A stretch of DNA of 64,000 nt from Bdellovibrionota bacterium (lineage in GTDB: Bacteria; Bdellovibrionota_G; JALEGL01; DATDPG01), in NCBI GenBank assembly GCA_963668355.1, contig OY764265.1:896001-960000 (forward strand). Direction: 5' to 3'. A program made the translations under genes and the position numbers. Each line of letters begins with the position of its first letter. The stretch's first letter is position 1. Of this stretch, positions 8,670-18,440 are shown one piece after another. Below the pieces are notes generated by a model. It did not search any database, was not told the DNA's origin, and was given only the letters and a program-made list of their open reading frames with translations.

Positions 8670-9979
8670 AAACGACAAACATCACTTTCTGATCGAAGTC
8701 TTTGATTCCATGCATCCCGAATTCTGTCACGTCCTTTTTTGGAATTTCTCCAAACATCGTGAAGCTTCGCACCCAATCGATATCCCGCTTCATGAACTTC
8801 CTCCCAAGAAGTGGCGAAAGGAGCTGTTGTCTCCGGGACTGGCCTTCCCGGATCGATCCACCGGCTTCCCAAAAAAGCAAAAGCCTCTTCCAAAGCGGTT
8901 CGAAGCGGACTAAATCCATCTGTGGAAACATTCACAAGCCTCATATAGTGCGCCGCTTCTTCCGCAATATGTCCTTCCTCCAAGGTTGACAAAAGAACCG
9001 TTCGGTTGGAAGGAACGACGGCACACTCATTGCTCAAAACGCGCTGCAAAAGAAATTTTCGAATATTCGGCTTCACCCGCGCATCCCGAAGAAAGGAAAG
9101 CGTATTTAATTCGTAGGGATTTAGAATTTTAGCTTTCGGGAAAGACCGTTGGCTCCCAATTTTCTTTTGGATTTTCTGAATGCATTTGTAAAAAAACGCT
9201 TCCACATGTTCTGGAAGAACGAGGTTTGTAGATCTGTTTTCCCAAGCCCTTCGCAGTTCGAGACTCAGCAAAGGTGAACCTCCTACATACACAAATTCGT
9301 TTTCTCTTGAACGAGCCCAGCGCCCCACATCGTTTGAGGTCCAACGTATTTGTGAAACCCCAAACAACAACGAAACATATGCGACGTCCTGTGAGTCTAA
9401 GAAACGGGGAATATGAACGGAGGCCAAACGCAAACTTCCCGTCCACAACACAACCTTCCAACCCCGCTTTAAGTATCGCGCAGCCTCCTGGGCCAAACTC
9501 CGGTCTCGTCGGACCAAAGAAACCCCTTCGGAAGAAACCAAATGGAAAGATAGTTTTTTCTTCTTAATCCAATTGAAGAGAACCTCGACTCCGGCTTCGG
9601 GTGAAAAAGGGCGGGGAGCCTGAATATTGAATTCATCAGCCAATACCGAGTAGGTCGTTTGGTTTTTTAAAAAGCTTTGAATGGACTTTTTCGTTTTTTG
9701 AGGAAATCGATCTGTTAAAAATACAGTTTTCTGCTTTCCACACCATCTTCCAAGGCAAGAAATCGCTTCCTTTTGGTGAAAAGGGTTGAGGCGATCATCT
9801 CCCAACAATACGAGAGATGTGGATGAAAGACTTTTTCGAAGATCTAAAGTGGAAACCGACTTCCCCCTTCTGGGAAGTGAGGCTTGGGCGTTCACTTCAT
9901 ACCTCTCAATTTTTTTGGAGGAAAATTGTTGAGCCCACGCGTTGGCGATTTTCTTTTCTAACCCAAACAGTTCGGTCAT
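8642..9979 (-). CDS. Hypothetical protein, divergent ChaN-like N-terminal region
   Basis: 445-aa ORF in an operon; LVLLGD, RRDRSLA and VLWTGSLRLA resemble ChaN-like motifs with the histidines lost. Confidence 0.45.
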   Translation of the reverse strand: MTELFGLEKKIANAWAQQFSSKKIERYEVNAQASLPRRGKSVSTLDLRKSLSSTSLVLLGDDRLNPFHQKEAISCLGRWCGKQKTVFLTDRFPQKTKKSIQSFLKNQTTYSVLADEFNIQAPRPFSPEAGVEVLFNWIKKKKLSFHLVSSEGVSLVRRDRSLAQEAARYLKRGWKVVLWTGSLRLASVHIPRFLDSQDVAYVSLLFGVSQIRWTSNDVGRWARSRENEFVYVGGSPLLSLELRRAWENRSTNLVLPEHVEAFFYKCIQKIQKKIGSQRSFPKAKILNPYELNTLSFLRDARVKPNIRKFLLQRVLSNECAVVPSNRTVLLSTLEEGHIAEEAAHYMRLVNVSTDGFSPLRTALEEAFAFLGSRWIDPGRPVPETTAPFATSWEEVHEAGYRLGAKLHDVWRNSKKGRDRIRDAWNQRLRSESDVCRLWEDLEEKM

Positions 9980-10995
9980 GAGGATTCGGTCTTCTGTTGT
10001 TCCTGAACTTTACTGATCAACTCATCCATGGAAATGGAAACCGCAGGAAAGCATAAAAATCCAGCTAACGCCACGTAGAGCACACTGGCCAAGTGGGTAA
10101 AAACCGAAACGGCCAATTGCACAGACTTGACGACCCCATACAGTGCCAACCCCGCTTGTAAAAAGTAGTGATAGGTTCCAACAGATGCCGGAGCTGCGGG
10201 CAACATCATTCCGACCGTCGTTACTCCCAGAACTGTAAAAGAAGATCCCCAGGGCAAACTCAAGTGGAACGCCCGAAAGATCAACCAAAACGAAAAGATC
10301 ATCACGACCCAAACACCGACAGATTCCAACAAAATGAGAAAGAGACTCCTTAGATTGGGGAGAGATCGCAAGCCTTCGATAAAAGCTCCGGCCATCGCCA
10401 CTATTTTTTCTCTCCAAGAAGCAGGCAGGATGGCGGTACTCCAAGTCACAAGCCGAAGGGCTCTCTCTCGCTGAAAGAAGGCAATGAAAAGAAAAACCAG
10501 TGCGGAGAAGAATATTCCGAAAGAGATCCAAGCCATCCCCTGGACACCCATTCGCAACATTTCAGATTCTTGCTGTTCCTTGGATAAGGTAAAAACACCT
10601 ATGCCCAAAATAAGGGCCGTAACCAAACCATCAAAAATGCGTTCGATCACAATCGTAGCAAACCCGGAGGAGAAAGGGACTCCGTGAGAGCGCTTTAACA
10701 AAAAAGGACGCACAGCCTCCCCAAGACGAAGCGGGAATATATGAATGAATAGGAAGCCAACGGCATTGATCATAAAGAGATCCGAGACCCGGATATCTTT
10801 GAGGGGCTTTAAGAACAGCCTCCAGCGACGAGACCGAAAAAGATGAGATATGGCAAAAAGAAATGGCAAGCCGATGAGCGGCTTCCAATTCACAGACCGA
10901 TAGGTCTCAGCCACCTCGTTCCATTTGACCCCTCTCACAGAAAGCCAAACAAACAAGGCTCCGATGAGAAAACTAAAAACGATTTTCTTTTTCAT
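9976..10995 (-). CDS. Lysylphosphatidylglycerol synthase TM domain / flippase-like protein
   Basis: RSRRW, FPLRLGEAVRP, IVIERIFD, PAAPASVGTYH; start reassigned to ATG 10995. Confidence 0.88.
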   Translation of the reverse strand: MKKKIVFSFLIGALFVWLSVRGVKWNEVAETYRSVNWKPLIGLPFLFAISHLFRSRRWRLFLKPLKDIRVSDLFMINAVGFLFIHIFPLRLGEAVRPFLLKRSHGVPFSSGFATIVIERIFDGLVTALILGIGVFTLSKEQQESEMLRMGVQGMAWISFGIFFSALVFLFIAFFQRERALRLVTWSTAILPASWREKIVAMAGAFIEGLRSLPNLRSLFLILLESVGVWVVMIFSFWLIFRAFHLSLPWGSSFTVLGVTTVGMMLPAAPASVGTYHYFLQAGLALYGVVKSVQLAVSVFTHLASVLYVALAGFLCFPAVSISMDELISKVQEQQKTESS

Positions 10996-11653
10996 TTTCC
11001 AAGTCTTTTTTAATGGCAGCGACCATCTTTTTTTCCAACAATCTTCTTCTACCAGGGTCCATGGGAAGAACCACCTTGATCTGGCTCTGATGTTCTCCCA
11101 ACGGCAAAATTCGAACGCCCGCATGGGGATCTACAAATCCCGCCTCCCGAAATGAAAATTGTATGATTCCTGCATCCTCTCTCGCCTTTCGAATGACTTC
11201 CGGCTCAGTGTCCGTCGAGGACACAAAGGACTTCAAAACATAACGCAGCGCCGCACGGTAACAATCTTCAGGTTTGGCTTGAAGGGGCTCTCCCCACTTT
11301 CCAGACGTCACTTCGTTAGCCATCTTGAGCAACTTGTGAAGAAAGAGATCCGCTCGACCGGCAAAATCTTTGGGAAGCGTGACCCGCACCTTACTTCGAT
11401 CAGCAGCCGTTCCTATGACTTCCACCAAGGCCTCATCATCTACAAAATCATTTTGTTTCCAACGAAACTTCAACAGACCTGCGGCCTCATTGCTTAAATG
11501 AACGGCTTCAGCATTTTCAAAAACATATTGCAGGGCCACCCGGTACATGATTCCGGCAGGAAGTTGGATTCCATCCTCAACTTCGCTGGCCCATGTTGGT
11601 CGAGAAAGAAATAAAAGCAAAACGATAAAAATGCCTAATCTCAAATAATTCAC
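10973..11653 (-). CDS. Secreted hypothetical protein with an internal domain duplication
   Basis: Signal peptide ending PTWA; two repeats YRVALQYV..EAAGLLKF..KVRVTLPKD and YRAALRYV..EDAGIIQF..QIKVVLPMD; start uncertain. Confidence 0.6.
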   Translation of the reverse strand: MNYLRLGIFIVLLLFLSRPTWASEVEDGIQLPAGIMYRVALQYVFENAEAVHLSNEAAGLLKFRWKQNDFVDDEALVEVIGTAADRSKVRVTLPKDFAGRADLFLHKLLKMANEVTSGKWGEPLQAKPEDCYRAALRYVLKSFVSSTDTEPEVIRKAREDAGIIQFSFREAGFVDPHAGVRILPLGEHQSQIKVVLPMDPGRRRLLEKKMVAAIKKDLENEKENRF

Positions 11654-11723
11654 TTTTTTACGGTAGGAAGTTGCCTGAAGGGTGTCAAGTTGAAGCCGCA
11701 AAGGGTATCATCAAGGGTCACAA

Positions 11724-12668
11724 ATGGTGGTTGCGTGCACATCCTGCCAGTCGAAATTTCGCCTGGATCCAAGCAAAATTGGGCCCAAAGGTGCCCGTGT
11801 GCGCTGTCCAAAATGTAAAACCATTTTCCCGGTTTCCCTCCCACCCACGGATCCACCTCAAACCGACGCGCCCGAAGAAGAAAAACCTTCACTGTCGGAC
11901 CCCGTGGAATCCGCCCCCGAAGCACCCAAAGAGGTGGAGGAGAATTTTTCCGGGGCTGAGGATTCCTTTGCAACCAGTTTGGCCGAAGACCCACAGGCCT
12001 CTCCTTCGATTCCTGAACCCACTCAGGATGATGATCCTTGGTCCTCTCTGGTGGAAGACAACTCCGCCCCCACCCCAGACTCTACGCCTTCCGATGGACA
12101 AGCCTTGGGCAAGATTGCTCTCCAAAAAAGCAATCCAGAGACGCTAGCCAAGCCGGAAGAAAAACCCGAGCCCGTGACGCCACCTCCCCCACCCCAAGCC
12201 GTAAAACAAGTGGCCCGGCCTCTGGAAAGTCTGCCATCCCCTCTACGGTTCAAGCTCATCTATGCCCTCCTTCTATGTGTGATTCTGGTGTCCGGTCTGG
12301 CCTTAAGTTTTTCAGCCATGGGTGTTCGACCGACGGCCAAAGAGGTTCTTTTATTATTCAAATACGGAAAACGACGCTTATCGCCTGGGGTACATATTTT
12401 AACTTATAAAACGTCCCTCTCTCCGCTCTCGCCCAAGGATCGTCATTTGTTCGTCTCCGGAGAGCTGTTCAACCAGAATTCCAAGGCCATCCCCAGTCCA
12501 AAAATCAAACTGGAAGTCTTCACTCCTGAAGGAGAATACCAGGCAAGATCGATTTCTCCTTGTTGTGAAAAATCAGAAATCGGACCCGAAAGCATTGTGC
12601 CCTTTTCGATTTCCATGACCCTCTCGAACGCACCGGTTGGCAGCTACAAAGTTTCACTTGAAAAGTAG
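11724..12668 (+). CDS. MJ0042-type zinc-ribbon membrane protein (DUF3426-like C-terminus)
   Basis: CTSC..FRLDPSKI..KGARVRCPKC, acidic Pro-rich linker, one TM helix, and a VSGELFN beta domain. Confidence 0.85.
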   Translation: MVVACTSCQSKFRLDPSKIGPKGARVRCPKCKTIFPVSLPPTDPPQTDAPEEEKPSLSDPVESAPEAPKEVEENFSGAEDSFATSLAEDPQASPSIPEPTQDDDPWSSLVEDNSAPTPDSTPSDGQALGKIALQKSNPETLAKPEEKPEPVTPPPPPQAVKQVARPLESLPSPLRFKLIYALLLCVILVSGLALSFSAMGVRPTAKEVLLLFKYGKRRLSPGVHILTYKTSLSPLSPKDRHLFVSGELFNQNSKAIPSPKIKLEVFTPEGEYQARSISPCCEKSEIGPESIVPFSISMTLSNAPVGSYKVSLEK

Positions 12669-12669
12669 C

Positions 12670-13428
12670 ATGTCCCTACCCACTTCGAATAAAAGGGATT
12701 GGTTTGATGAGCTTCTCCGATCCACTCGAGGCATTTCGGATCGCCCTCAACGGGCCATAAAGATTCTTCATGGCCTCCAACATCGACCTTCAGAGGAAAT
12801 TGCCGCCTTTCTTCGATTTCTCTTCGATGTTTCTCTGAAAAATCCTCAAGCCAAACTGCTCCACATGGATCTCTTGTCCAAGAGAGAGGTGTTTCGAGAA
12901 TTATCTTACGAGCAAATTTCGACCATTTATGAAATTGCCGAAGAGAATTCCTGGACAGATATCCAGGCCCTTTTTCACATGGTTTCCCCTCGATGGTCCG
13001 AAGATGAAATCAAACCCGAAGGATTTGCACAAAAATTGAGCGCCTTGACACTGGGGGAACGAAAGCAACTCAGCCGTCAAATGAAACGATCCAATATTGA
13101 AATGCTGGTCTTTGATGAAGCACATCAAGTCATCGAGGCCCTCTTAACCAACCCAAAATTACGTGAGTCTGATGTCGTTCGACTGGCTTCTCGTCAAGGG
13201 GCCCCGGCAAAAGTGCTGGAAGAGGTCTGCAAATCCAAGCGCTGGAATGGTCATTACCCAGTTCGAAAAGCCCTCGTGTTTAATTCGAGTACACCCTTGG
13301 CATATACCCTGGGCTTTGTTCGACACTTAAACCGATCGGACCTCAAACTTTTGCTGGAAACGGGGGGACATCGTCCGGAATTGACAAAGGCCGCACGGGA
13401 AACCTTGGCGAAGAAAAAAAAGCTATGA
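12670..13428 (+). CDS. Conserved hypothetical helical-repeat protein
   Basis: LTLGERKQLSR...VIEALLTNPKLRESDVVRLAS...W...YPVRKALVFN pattern, recalled from deltaproteobacterial proteins. Confidence 0.65.
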   Translation: MSLPTSNKRDWFDELLRSTRGISDRPQRAIKILHGLQHRPSEEIAAFLRFLFDVSLKNPQAKLLHMDLLSKREVFRELSYEQISTIYEIAEENSWTDIQALFHMVSPRWSEDEIKPEGFAQKLSALTLGERKQLSRQMKRSNIEMLVFDEAHQVIEALLTNPKLRESDVVRLASRQGAPAKVLEEVCKSKRWNGHYPVRKALVFNSSTPLAYTLGFVRHLNRSDLKLLLETGGHRPELTKAARETLAKKKKL

Positions 13429-13614
13429 AGAGGGGGGGGGATCGTCTTTGGGTTTGGGCAACTCTTCATTTGAGTCTGTTCCATTCAACCCTTTGCGAAA
13501 GTCTCGAATGCCTCTTCCCAGGCCCGAAAAAATCTGTGGAATTCGGCTTCCGCCGAACAACACCAACACGATGATCAAAATGATGATTAATTCTGTTGAC
13601 CCAAGGCCCATCAT
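13423..13614 (-). CDS. tatA: Twin-arginine translocase TatA/TatE subunit
   Basis: MGLGSTELIIILIIVLVLFGGSRIPQ...GLGRGIRDFRKG. Confidence 0.93.
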   Translation of the reverse strand: MMGLGSTELIIILIIVLVLFGGSRIPQIFSGLGRGIRDFRKGLNGTDSNEELPKPKDDPPPSS

Positions 13615-13729
13615 GACATGGCTATCCTAGCACGCCGAAACCCCTCCAGCAAACCCAAGAACTTCCACAGCTTTTACGGACACTCGCCGCATGTTACCAT
13701 GTCAAATTAGCTGATTTCAGGCCCAGGTA

Positions 13730-14809
13730 ATGAGAGTAAAATTAAAACTGACCGATATTCGAAGCGGACAAGAGTCTTTGTTGTTGGTGACCAACTTAAA
13801 TGCCAAAGGTCTCCTGGTTCAAGCCGCAAAAACCTTGCCCATCGGAAATCGAGTAAAGCTAAACCTGCAATTGGAGGACGGCCAACCCTCTCTAGACCTC
13901 TTGGGGGAAATTCATAAAATTGCCCTGAGAAAAGGCGGAGGAAAAGGAATGATCATTCGTTTTCTTGACCCTCCAAATTCGGCCATTGGACGCATCGCTA
14001 ATTTTTTAACTGAAAAACTGGAATCTTCTCCGGCTGAAACCCAAGAGACTCCCGACCAAGCCCCTTCAGCCAATCGAACCATGATTGTCGATCTAGAAGA
14101 TCCGGCCAATATCCCGCTCCGCCCCCCGCTACCCAAAAAGAAAAAGAAGAAAGAAAAGCCTCTTTCCTCAACGGTGGATGAGGAGGACATGAATGATGTA
14201 GATGATTTATTGGGTGGAGACACTCGAATGTTGGCCCTCAATGAATTCGAATCTTTCTCGAAAAAGAGAAAGCGGCCCCCTTGGATCCGATGGTTTTTAA
14301 TCGGGGGGTTTTCCTTGGTTATGATTCCCCTCCTTCTGTTCTTGGGTGAACGTCTTCAGCTTTTTCGGGCCCGCGTGGTGACAGATGACGAGAACGCCAT
14401 TGTTGCGCCCGAATCCACCCGAATGCCTTCGGAAAACCTTCAATCGAAGGACCCGACTCCCTCCACAGAGCCAGCACGTTCCCTGGCACAAGGAGCTTCC
14501 GGCATAACGGAAGTGGACATCGAAATGTCTCCCAAGCGAGTAGAAATCACGTTGACGGGGACCCAACCCTTTGCGGATCCCCAAATTGAGAAGAAAATGA
14601 GTCCACGAAGACTCATACTCAGATTTCCTACGTTGGATGGATTCACCATCAACAAAGTTGTTCCTGTTAGTAAAAACCCACTTTTACGAATTCGAACGAG
14701 CAAAACAGAGGAAGGTGTCCAGATGATCATGGATCTGTACCCGGTCGCTTTCCCTCGTTTCGAAACGAAAAAACAGGGCACAACATTGACTATTTATTTG
14801 TATCGATAA
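13730..14809 (+). CDS. Degenerate PilZ domain + TM + AMIN-like periplasmic domain protein
   Basis: N-terminal NLNAKG...LPIGNRV..GMIIRF PilZ-like fold without RxxxR; single TM; C-terminal PRRLILRF...LLRIRT...IMDL AMIN-like pattern. Confidence 0.65.
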   Translation: MRVKLKLTDIRSGQESLLLVTNLNAKGLLVQAAKTLPIGNRVKLNLQLEDGQPSLDLLGEIHKIALRKGGGKGMIIRFLDPPNSAIGRIANFLTEKLESSPAETQETPDQAPSANRTMIVDLEDPANIPLRPPLPKKKKKKEKPLSSTVDEEDMNDVDDLLGGDTRMLALNEFESFSKKRKRPPWIRWFLIGGFSLVMIPLLLFLGERLQLFRARVVTDDENAIVAPESTRMPSENLQSKDPTPSTEPARSLAQGASGITEVDIEMSPKRVEITLTGTQPFADPQIEKKMSPRRLILRFPTLDGFTINKVVPVSKNPLLRIRTSKTEEGVQMIMDLYPVAFPRFETKKQGTTLTIYLYR

Positions 14810-14860
14810 TCGACAACGCTTATTCTTATAAAAAATTTTAATCCGTTTAAGGAGAAACTC

Positions 14861-15379
14861 ATGGCCGCTCGTAAGAAGGCAAAGAAAAAAACAACTAAAA
14901 AGAAAATCGTAAAAAAGGCTCCCAAGAAAAAGAAGGTTGCCAAAAAAGCTAAGAAGAAAAAAGCTGCCAAAAAGAAAAAAGTTGTAAAGAAGGCGAAGAA
15001 GAAAAAGGCTACAAAAAAGAAAAAGACTGTAAAAAAAGCAGCGCCAAAAAAGAAAAAAGTTGCGAAGAAAAAACCGACCAAGAAAAAGAAGGTCGCAAAA
15101 AAAGCTAAGAAGAAAACCAGCAAGCGAAAACCTTCTGCCGCTTTCATGAAACCCATGACCCCAAGCGACATTCTCGCAGCCATCATCGGCCCCAAAGCCC
15201 TACCCAGAACGGAAATCACGAAGCAGATTTGGAAATACATCAAGAAGCATGATCTTCAAGACAAAACCAAACGCATCATGATCAATGCCGATGAAAAAAT
15301 GAAAGCGCTCTTTGGCGGAAAAACCAAAGTGTCTATGTTTGAACTGACCAAGTGGGTCAACAAACATTTAAGCGCTTAG
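14861..15379 (+). CDS. SWIB/MDM2 domain protein with histone-H1-like Lys/Ala-rich N-terminus
   Basis: About 90 aa of K/A/T/V/P repeats, then AFMKPMTPS..LAAIIG...PRTEITKQIWKYIKKHDLQD...INADEK...VSMFELTK..NKHL. Confidence 0.92.
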   Translation: MAARKKAKKKTTKKKIVKKAPKKKKVAKKAKKKKAAKKKKVVKKAKKKKATKKKKTVKKAAPKKKKVAKKKPTKKKKVAKKAKKKTSKRKPSAAFMKPMTPSDILAAIIGPKALPRTEITKQIWKYIKKHDLQDKTKRIMINADEKMKALFGGKTKVSMFELTKWVNKHLSA

Positions 15380-15399
15380 TTCTTTTTTCATTCATATAG

Positions 15400-15434
15400 A
15401 CCCCCCGTTCAAGGAATTGGATGGGGGGTTTTTT
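15400..15434 (+). terminator. Rho-independent terminator
   Basis: ACCCCCCGTTCAA-GGAA-TTGGATGGGGGGT stem followed by a T-run, between convergent genes. Confidence 0.8.
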
Positions 15435-15437
15435 AAT

Positions 15438-15974
15438 TCAGCTTTTCGATCGATAAACCTGCCAAAACCCTCGACCATACGTAACCGATGAAAGAATCGT
15501 CAGACAGGCAGACGTCCATAGAAACAGAAAAAAAACCTTCTGAATGGCGGGCCACACCGGAAGAAGAATCGCCGCCAAAAGCGTAATATTTTGCATGACG
15601 GTCGCAATTTTCCCCGTCAAATAGGGCCGTATTTTTATTCCATACCCCCGAAACTTCAAAAACAAGGTTCCGGTCACAAGTCCGAGATCACGCGTAACGG
15701 TTACAGCACAAAACCAAATGGGGATTGAGCCCGTGATCGTCAGGGTAAGTAAGACCGTGGTGATGATCAATTTGTCAGCTGCGGGATCCAGCCAAGAGCC
15801 AAATACCGTCGAGGCATCAAAGTTCCTTGCTATGAAACCATCTGCCAAGTCCGTAATTCCAGCCACCAATAAGGCCCCAAGGGCCCAGGTTGTTTGACCT
15901 TCCAACAAGAAAAGAACCAAGGGAAAAGCCAAGGACATCCGAAAAATCGTCAGAATGTTGGGAATGTAACGCAT
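15438..15974 (-). CDS. CDP-alcohol phosphatidyltransferase (PgsA-like)
   Basis: IPNILTIFR and TDLADGFIAR....STVFGSWLDPAADK signature. Confidence 0.93.
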   Translation of the reverse strand: MRYIPNILTIFRMSLAFPLVLFLLEGQTTWALGALLVAGITDLADGFIARNFDASTVFGSWLDPAADKLIITTVLLTLTITGSIPIWFCAVTVTRDLGLVTGTLFLKFRGYGIKIRPYLTGKIATVMQNITLLAAILLPVWPAIQKVFFLFLWTSACLTILSSVTYGRGFWQVYRSKS

Positions 15975-16963
15975 TATCGTTTAACGATTTCGACCTTAAC
16001 CTTTCGATCTTTCACATCCACCACCTTCAGCGAATCTCCAGCCACCTTCATTTGAGCTAAGGTTTTGACTAATTTCCCCATTTCTCCGTCAAAAACCGTC
16101 TCAAAAACCACGCTTCCAGCCGAGTATTCCGCATCTTTCCCTTCCGAAAAGCCCCACTCGTCGGAGTTGAGCATCTTACGAAGCTCCCTCAAAGGCAGGT
16201 TATTTCTTAGCCCTGAAACTTCAATTTCATAAACTCGCCCACTTCCAACCATTTTTAGCCAAGGCGGAATGACCTTCCCCAGAGCGGCTGTAGCCAAGAA
16301 ACCTGCCATTTCACGTTCTTCCCATTCTTTTTGAAGGGAAACCTTTCGCCGAGACGAACGTTTTTGAACGTTCTTCATTTCTATGGTGATTTGAGCGGGA
16401 ATGGATTTGCGACCTTCTTTTCCGATTTCCCCTGAAAGCAGGACATCTGCTTCTTCTTTTGAGCTGGCTGAGAGATACCCAAGATCCGCCAATCGATTCT
16501 GTATTCTTTGAGCCCAAATAGCCCCCTGACTTCCCTCAAAGGGCTGAATGAAGAAGGTTGGCCTTTTGATCCGATCGAAAAGAATGCCCCAACGAATGAG
16601 TTCTCGACGAACTTGGTCTTTCAAGGGAACCACCAGGAGTTCCACCTCAAGGTTGCCACCCTTACGGGTTTCTCCAAGCAACCGATAGTCTTTAACCAAA
16701 CGCCTTCGTTTCTCTCCCAAACGAACCTCAATGATGTCTTTGATTTGGGAAAATTGAGAAGGATTGAAAAAGTCTTCTGAAACCTTGAGAATGCCTTCAT
16801 TCATGGCTTCCCCGATGGCTTCTTCTCGTGCGGAAGCATAATTTTGACCCACAACCTCGGTTTCTCCTACAACCCGAACCTCCTCGTAGGGGGCCGATTG
16901 GCCCGAAAGGGCATATAGAAAAAAACTACATCCGAGAACGATACCAATGAATTGTTTTTTCAA
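15974..16963 (-). CDS. Secreted hypothetical protein with FlgT-N-like domain
   Basis: TTG start after GGAGAAGGGA; signal peptide; VVGETEVVGQNYASAREEAIGEA resembles the FlgT N-terminal pattern. Confidence 0.55.
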   Translation of the reverse strand: MKKQFIGIVLGCSFFLYALSGQSAPYEEVRVVGETEVVGQNYASAREEAIGEAMNEGILKVSEDFFNPSQFSQIKDIIEVRLGEKRRRLVKDYRLLGETRKGGNLEVELLVVPLKDQVRRELIRWGILFDRIKRPTFFIQPFEGSQGAIWAQRIQNRLADLGYLSASSKEEADVLLSGEIGKEGRKSIPAQITIEMKNVQKRSSRRKVSLQKEWEEREMAGFLATAALGKVIPPWLKMVGSGRVYEIEVSGLRNNLPLRELRKMLNSDEWGFSEGKDAEYSAGSVVFETVFDGEMGKLVKTLAQMKVAGDSLKVVDVKDRKVKVEIVKR

Positions 16964-17888
16964 TTCCCTTCTCCAAATCAATCTTGGGTTCATAGCCCAA
17001 AAGTTCACGCGCCCGATCAATGTTCGGTATACGCAATTCAACATCTTGCTCCGGCCAATGAATGGAAGAGATTTCTGAGGAAGATTTAGCCAGACGAACC
17101 ACCTCTTTGGCCAAGTAGTAAATGGTCACGGTGTTCTGAGGATTCCCGATATTGAACGCCTTGCCCAAAGCCTCGGGCTTTTCCAAGCTCAACAAAATCC
17201 CATCGATGATGTCGGTGATATAACACCACGATCGAATCTGGTTGCCTCCATTATGGACTTCCAACGTTTCACCCCGAATGGCACGTTGAACAAATTTGTG
17301 CACAGCCCCCTCTCCCACCTGGTTGGGACCAAAAATATTAAAGGGACGAATGGAACAGGTCGGAAGCCCAAAAGATTTGAAGTAATTGTGCGCCAAATGC
17401 TCCGTGGCCAGCTTACTCACAGCATAGGTCCACCGAGCTTCCCCAACAGCCCCTAAACTCGTGACATCTCCTTCATGCACATTGAACGCATAATTCCCAA
17501 ACACTTCACTGGTGGAGAAATCGACAACACATTCAATCTGGCTGTGCTTTTTGGCTTCTTCCAAGACATGGTAGGTTCCCAACAAAGCTATCTTCATGGT
17601 GTCTACGGCATTTTTAATGACCGTATCCACCCCCGCAATGGCCGCAAGGTGCACCACATGAGAAATCTCTTTCATGGCCAAAGCAACGTCTTCGGGCTTA
17701 CACACATCTCCCTTCAAAACCTCTACATTGGGATGCTGGCCCCATTCTGTGTTGGATAGGGCGTCTCGAAACATCGTATCGAGGACACGAACCCGATTGT
17801 GCTCGCAAAGCGCCTGGACCAAATGCGTTCCAATGAATCCCGCGCCACCTGTGATCAGTATGTGTTTTCCCTCCACGTTCAACCTCAA
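16926..17888 (-). CDS. NAD-dependent epimerase/dehydratase (extended SDR)
   Basis: ITGGAGFIG, HLAA, STSEV, YAVSK, RPFNIFGP. Confidence 0.93.
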   Translation of the reverse strand: MRLNVEGKHILITGGAGFIGTHLVQALCEHNRVRVLDTMFRDALSNTEWGQHPNVEVLKGDVCKPEDVALAMKEISHVVHLAAIAGVDTVIKNAVDTMKIALLGTYHVLEEAKKHSQIECVVDFSTSEVFGNYAFNVHEGDVTSLGAVGEARWTYAVSKLATEHLAHNYFKSFGLPTCSIRPFNIFGPNQVGEGAVHKFVQRAIRGETLEVHNGGNQIRSWCYITDIIDGILLSLEKPEALGKAFNIGNPQNTVTIYYLAKEVVRLAKSSSEISSIHWPEQDVELRIPNIDRARELLGYEPKIDLEKGIEKTIHWYRSRM

Positions 17889-17901
17889 TCTGAAAGCCTT
17901 T

Positions 17902-18348
17902 TTACGCTTCCCCTCTCTTTTTGATCAAAAGCGTGAACGTCCCCGTTTGAACCGTTTCGCCGCTCTGATTTACAAGTTTCCGATCCATCATCACAATGCC
18001 ACCTTCTCCCCGAATATCCCGTTTCTTTTTGATCTCACTGACATAGTGAATGGTGTCCCCAATGAATATGGGTTTGGAAAACTTCCATTCCACACCCATA
18101 AAGGCCATGACAGACCACTGAGGCTCTACGGCATTCAAGCCACTGGCAATCGACAGCCCTAGAAGTCCGTGGGCAATGCGTTTGCCAAAAATCGTTGTTT
18201 TTGCAAACTCTTCATCCGTGTGCAAGGGGTTGAAATCTCCACTCAATCCCGCAAATTGCACAATATCGGTTTCCGTAATGGTTCGACACGCTGAAGCCCA
18301 GCTATGCCCGATTTCTAAATCTTCAAAGTGCTTTCTATCGTCTTTCAT
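17902..18348 (-). CDS. MaoC-family dehydratase (hotdog fold)
   Basis: RTITETDIVQFAGLSGDFNPLHTDEEFA...RIAHG. Confidence 0.92.
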   Translation of the reverse strand: MKDDRKHFEDLEIGHSWASACRTITETDIVQFAGLSGDFNPLHTDEEFAKTTIFGKRIAHGLLGLSIASGLNAVEPQWSVMAFMGVEWKFSKPIFIGDTIHYVSEIKKKRDIRGEGGIVMMDRKLVNQSGETVQTGTFTLLIKKRGEA

Positions 18349-18440
18349 AGTCCTGGTTTACCCGGAAGCGAAAAAAGGAGCAATCTTCGTATGCCTTTAC
18401 GGAATGACCAAGTTTTCGTATAACCGCTCAGGGATCATGA

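Noticed and set aside
14794..15243. 149-aa Phe-rich, membrane-protein-like ORF on the - strand
   Set aside because: It is the antisense mirror of the AAA/AAG Lys codons of the SWIB gene.
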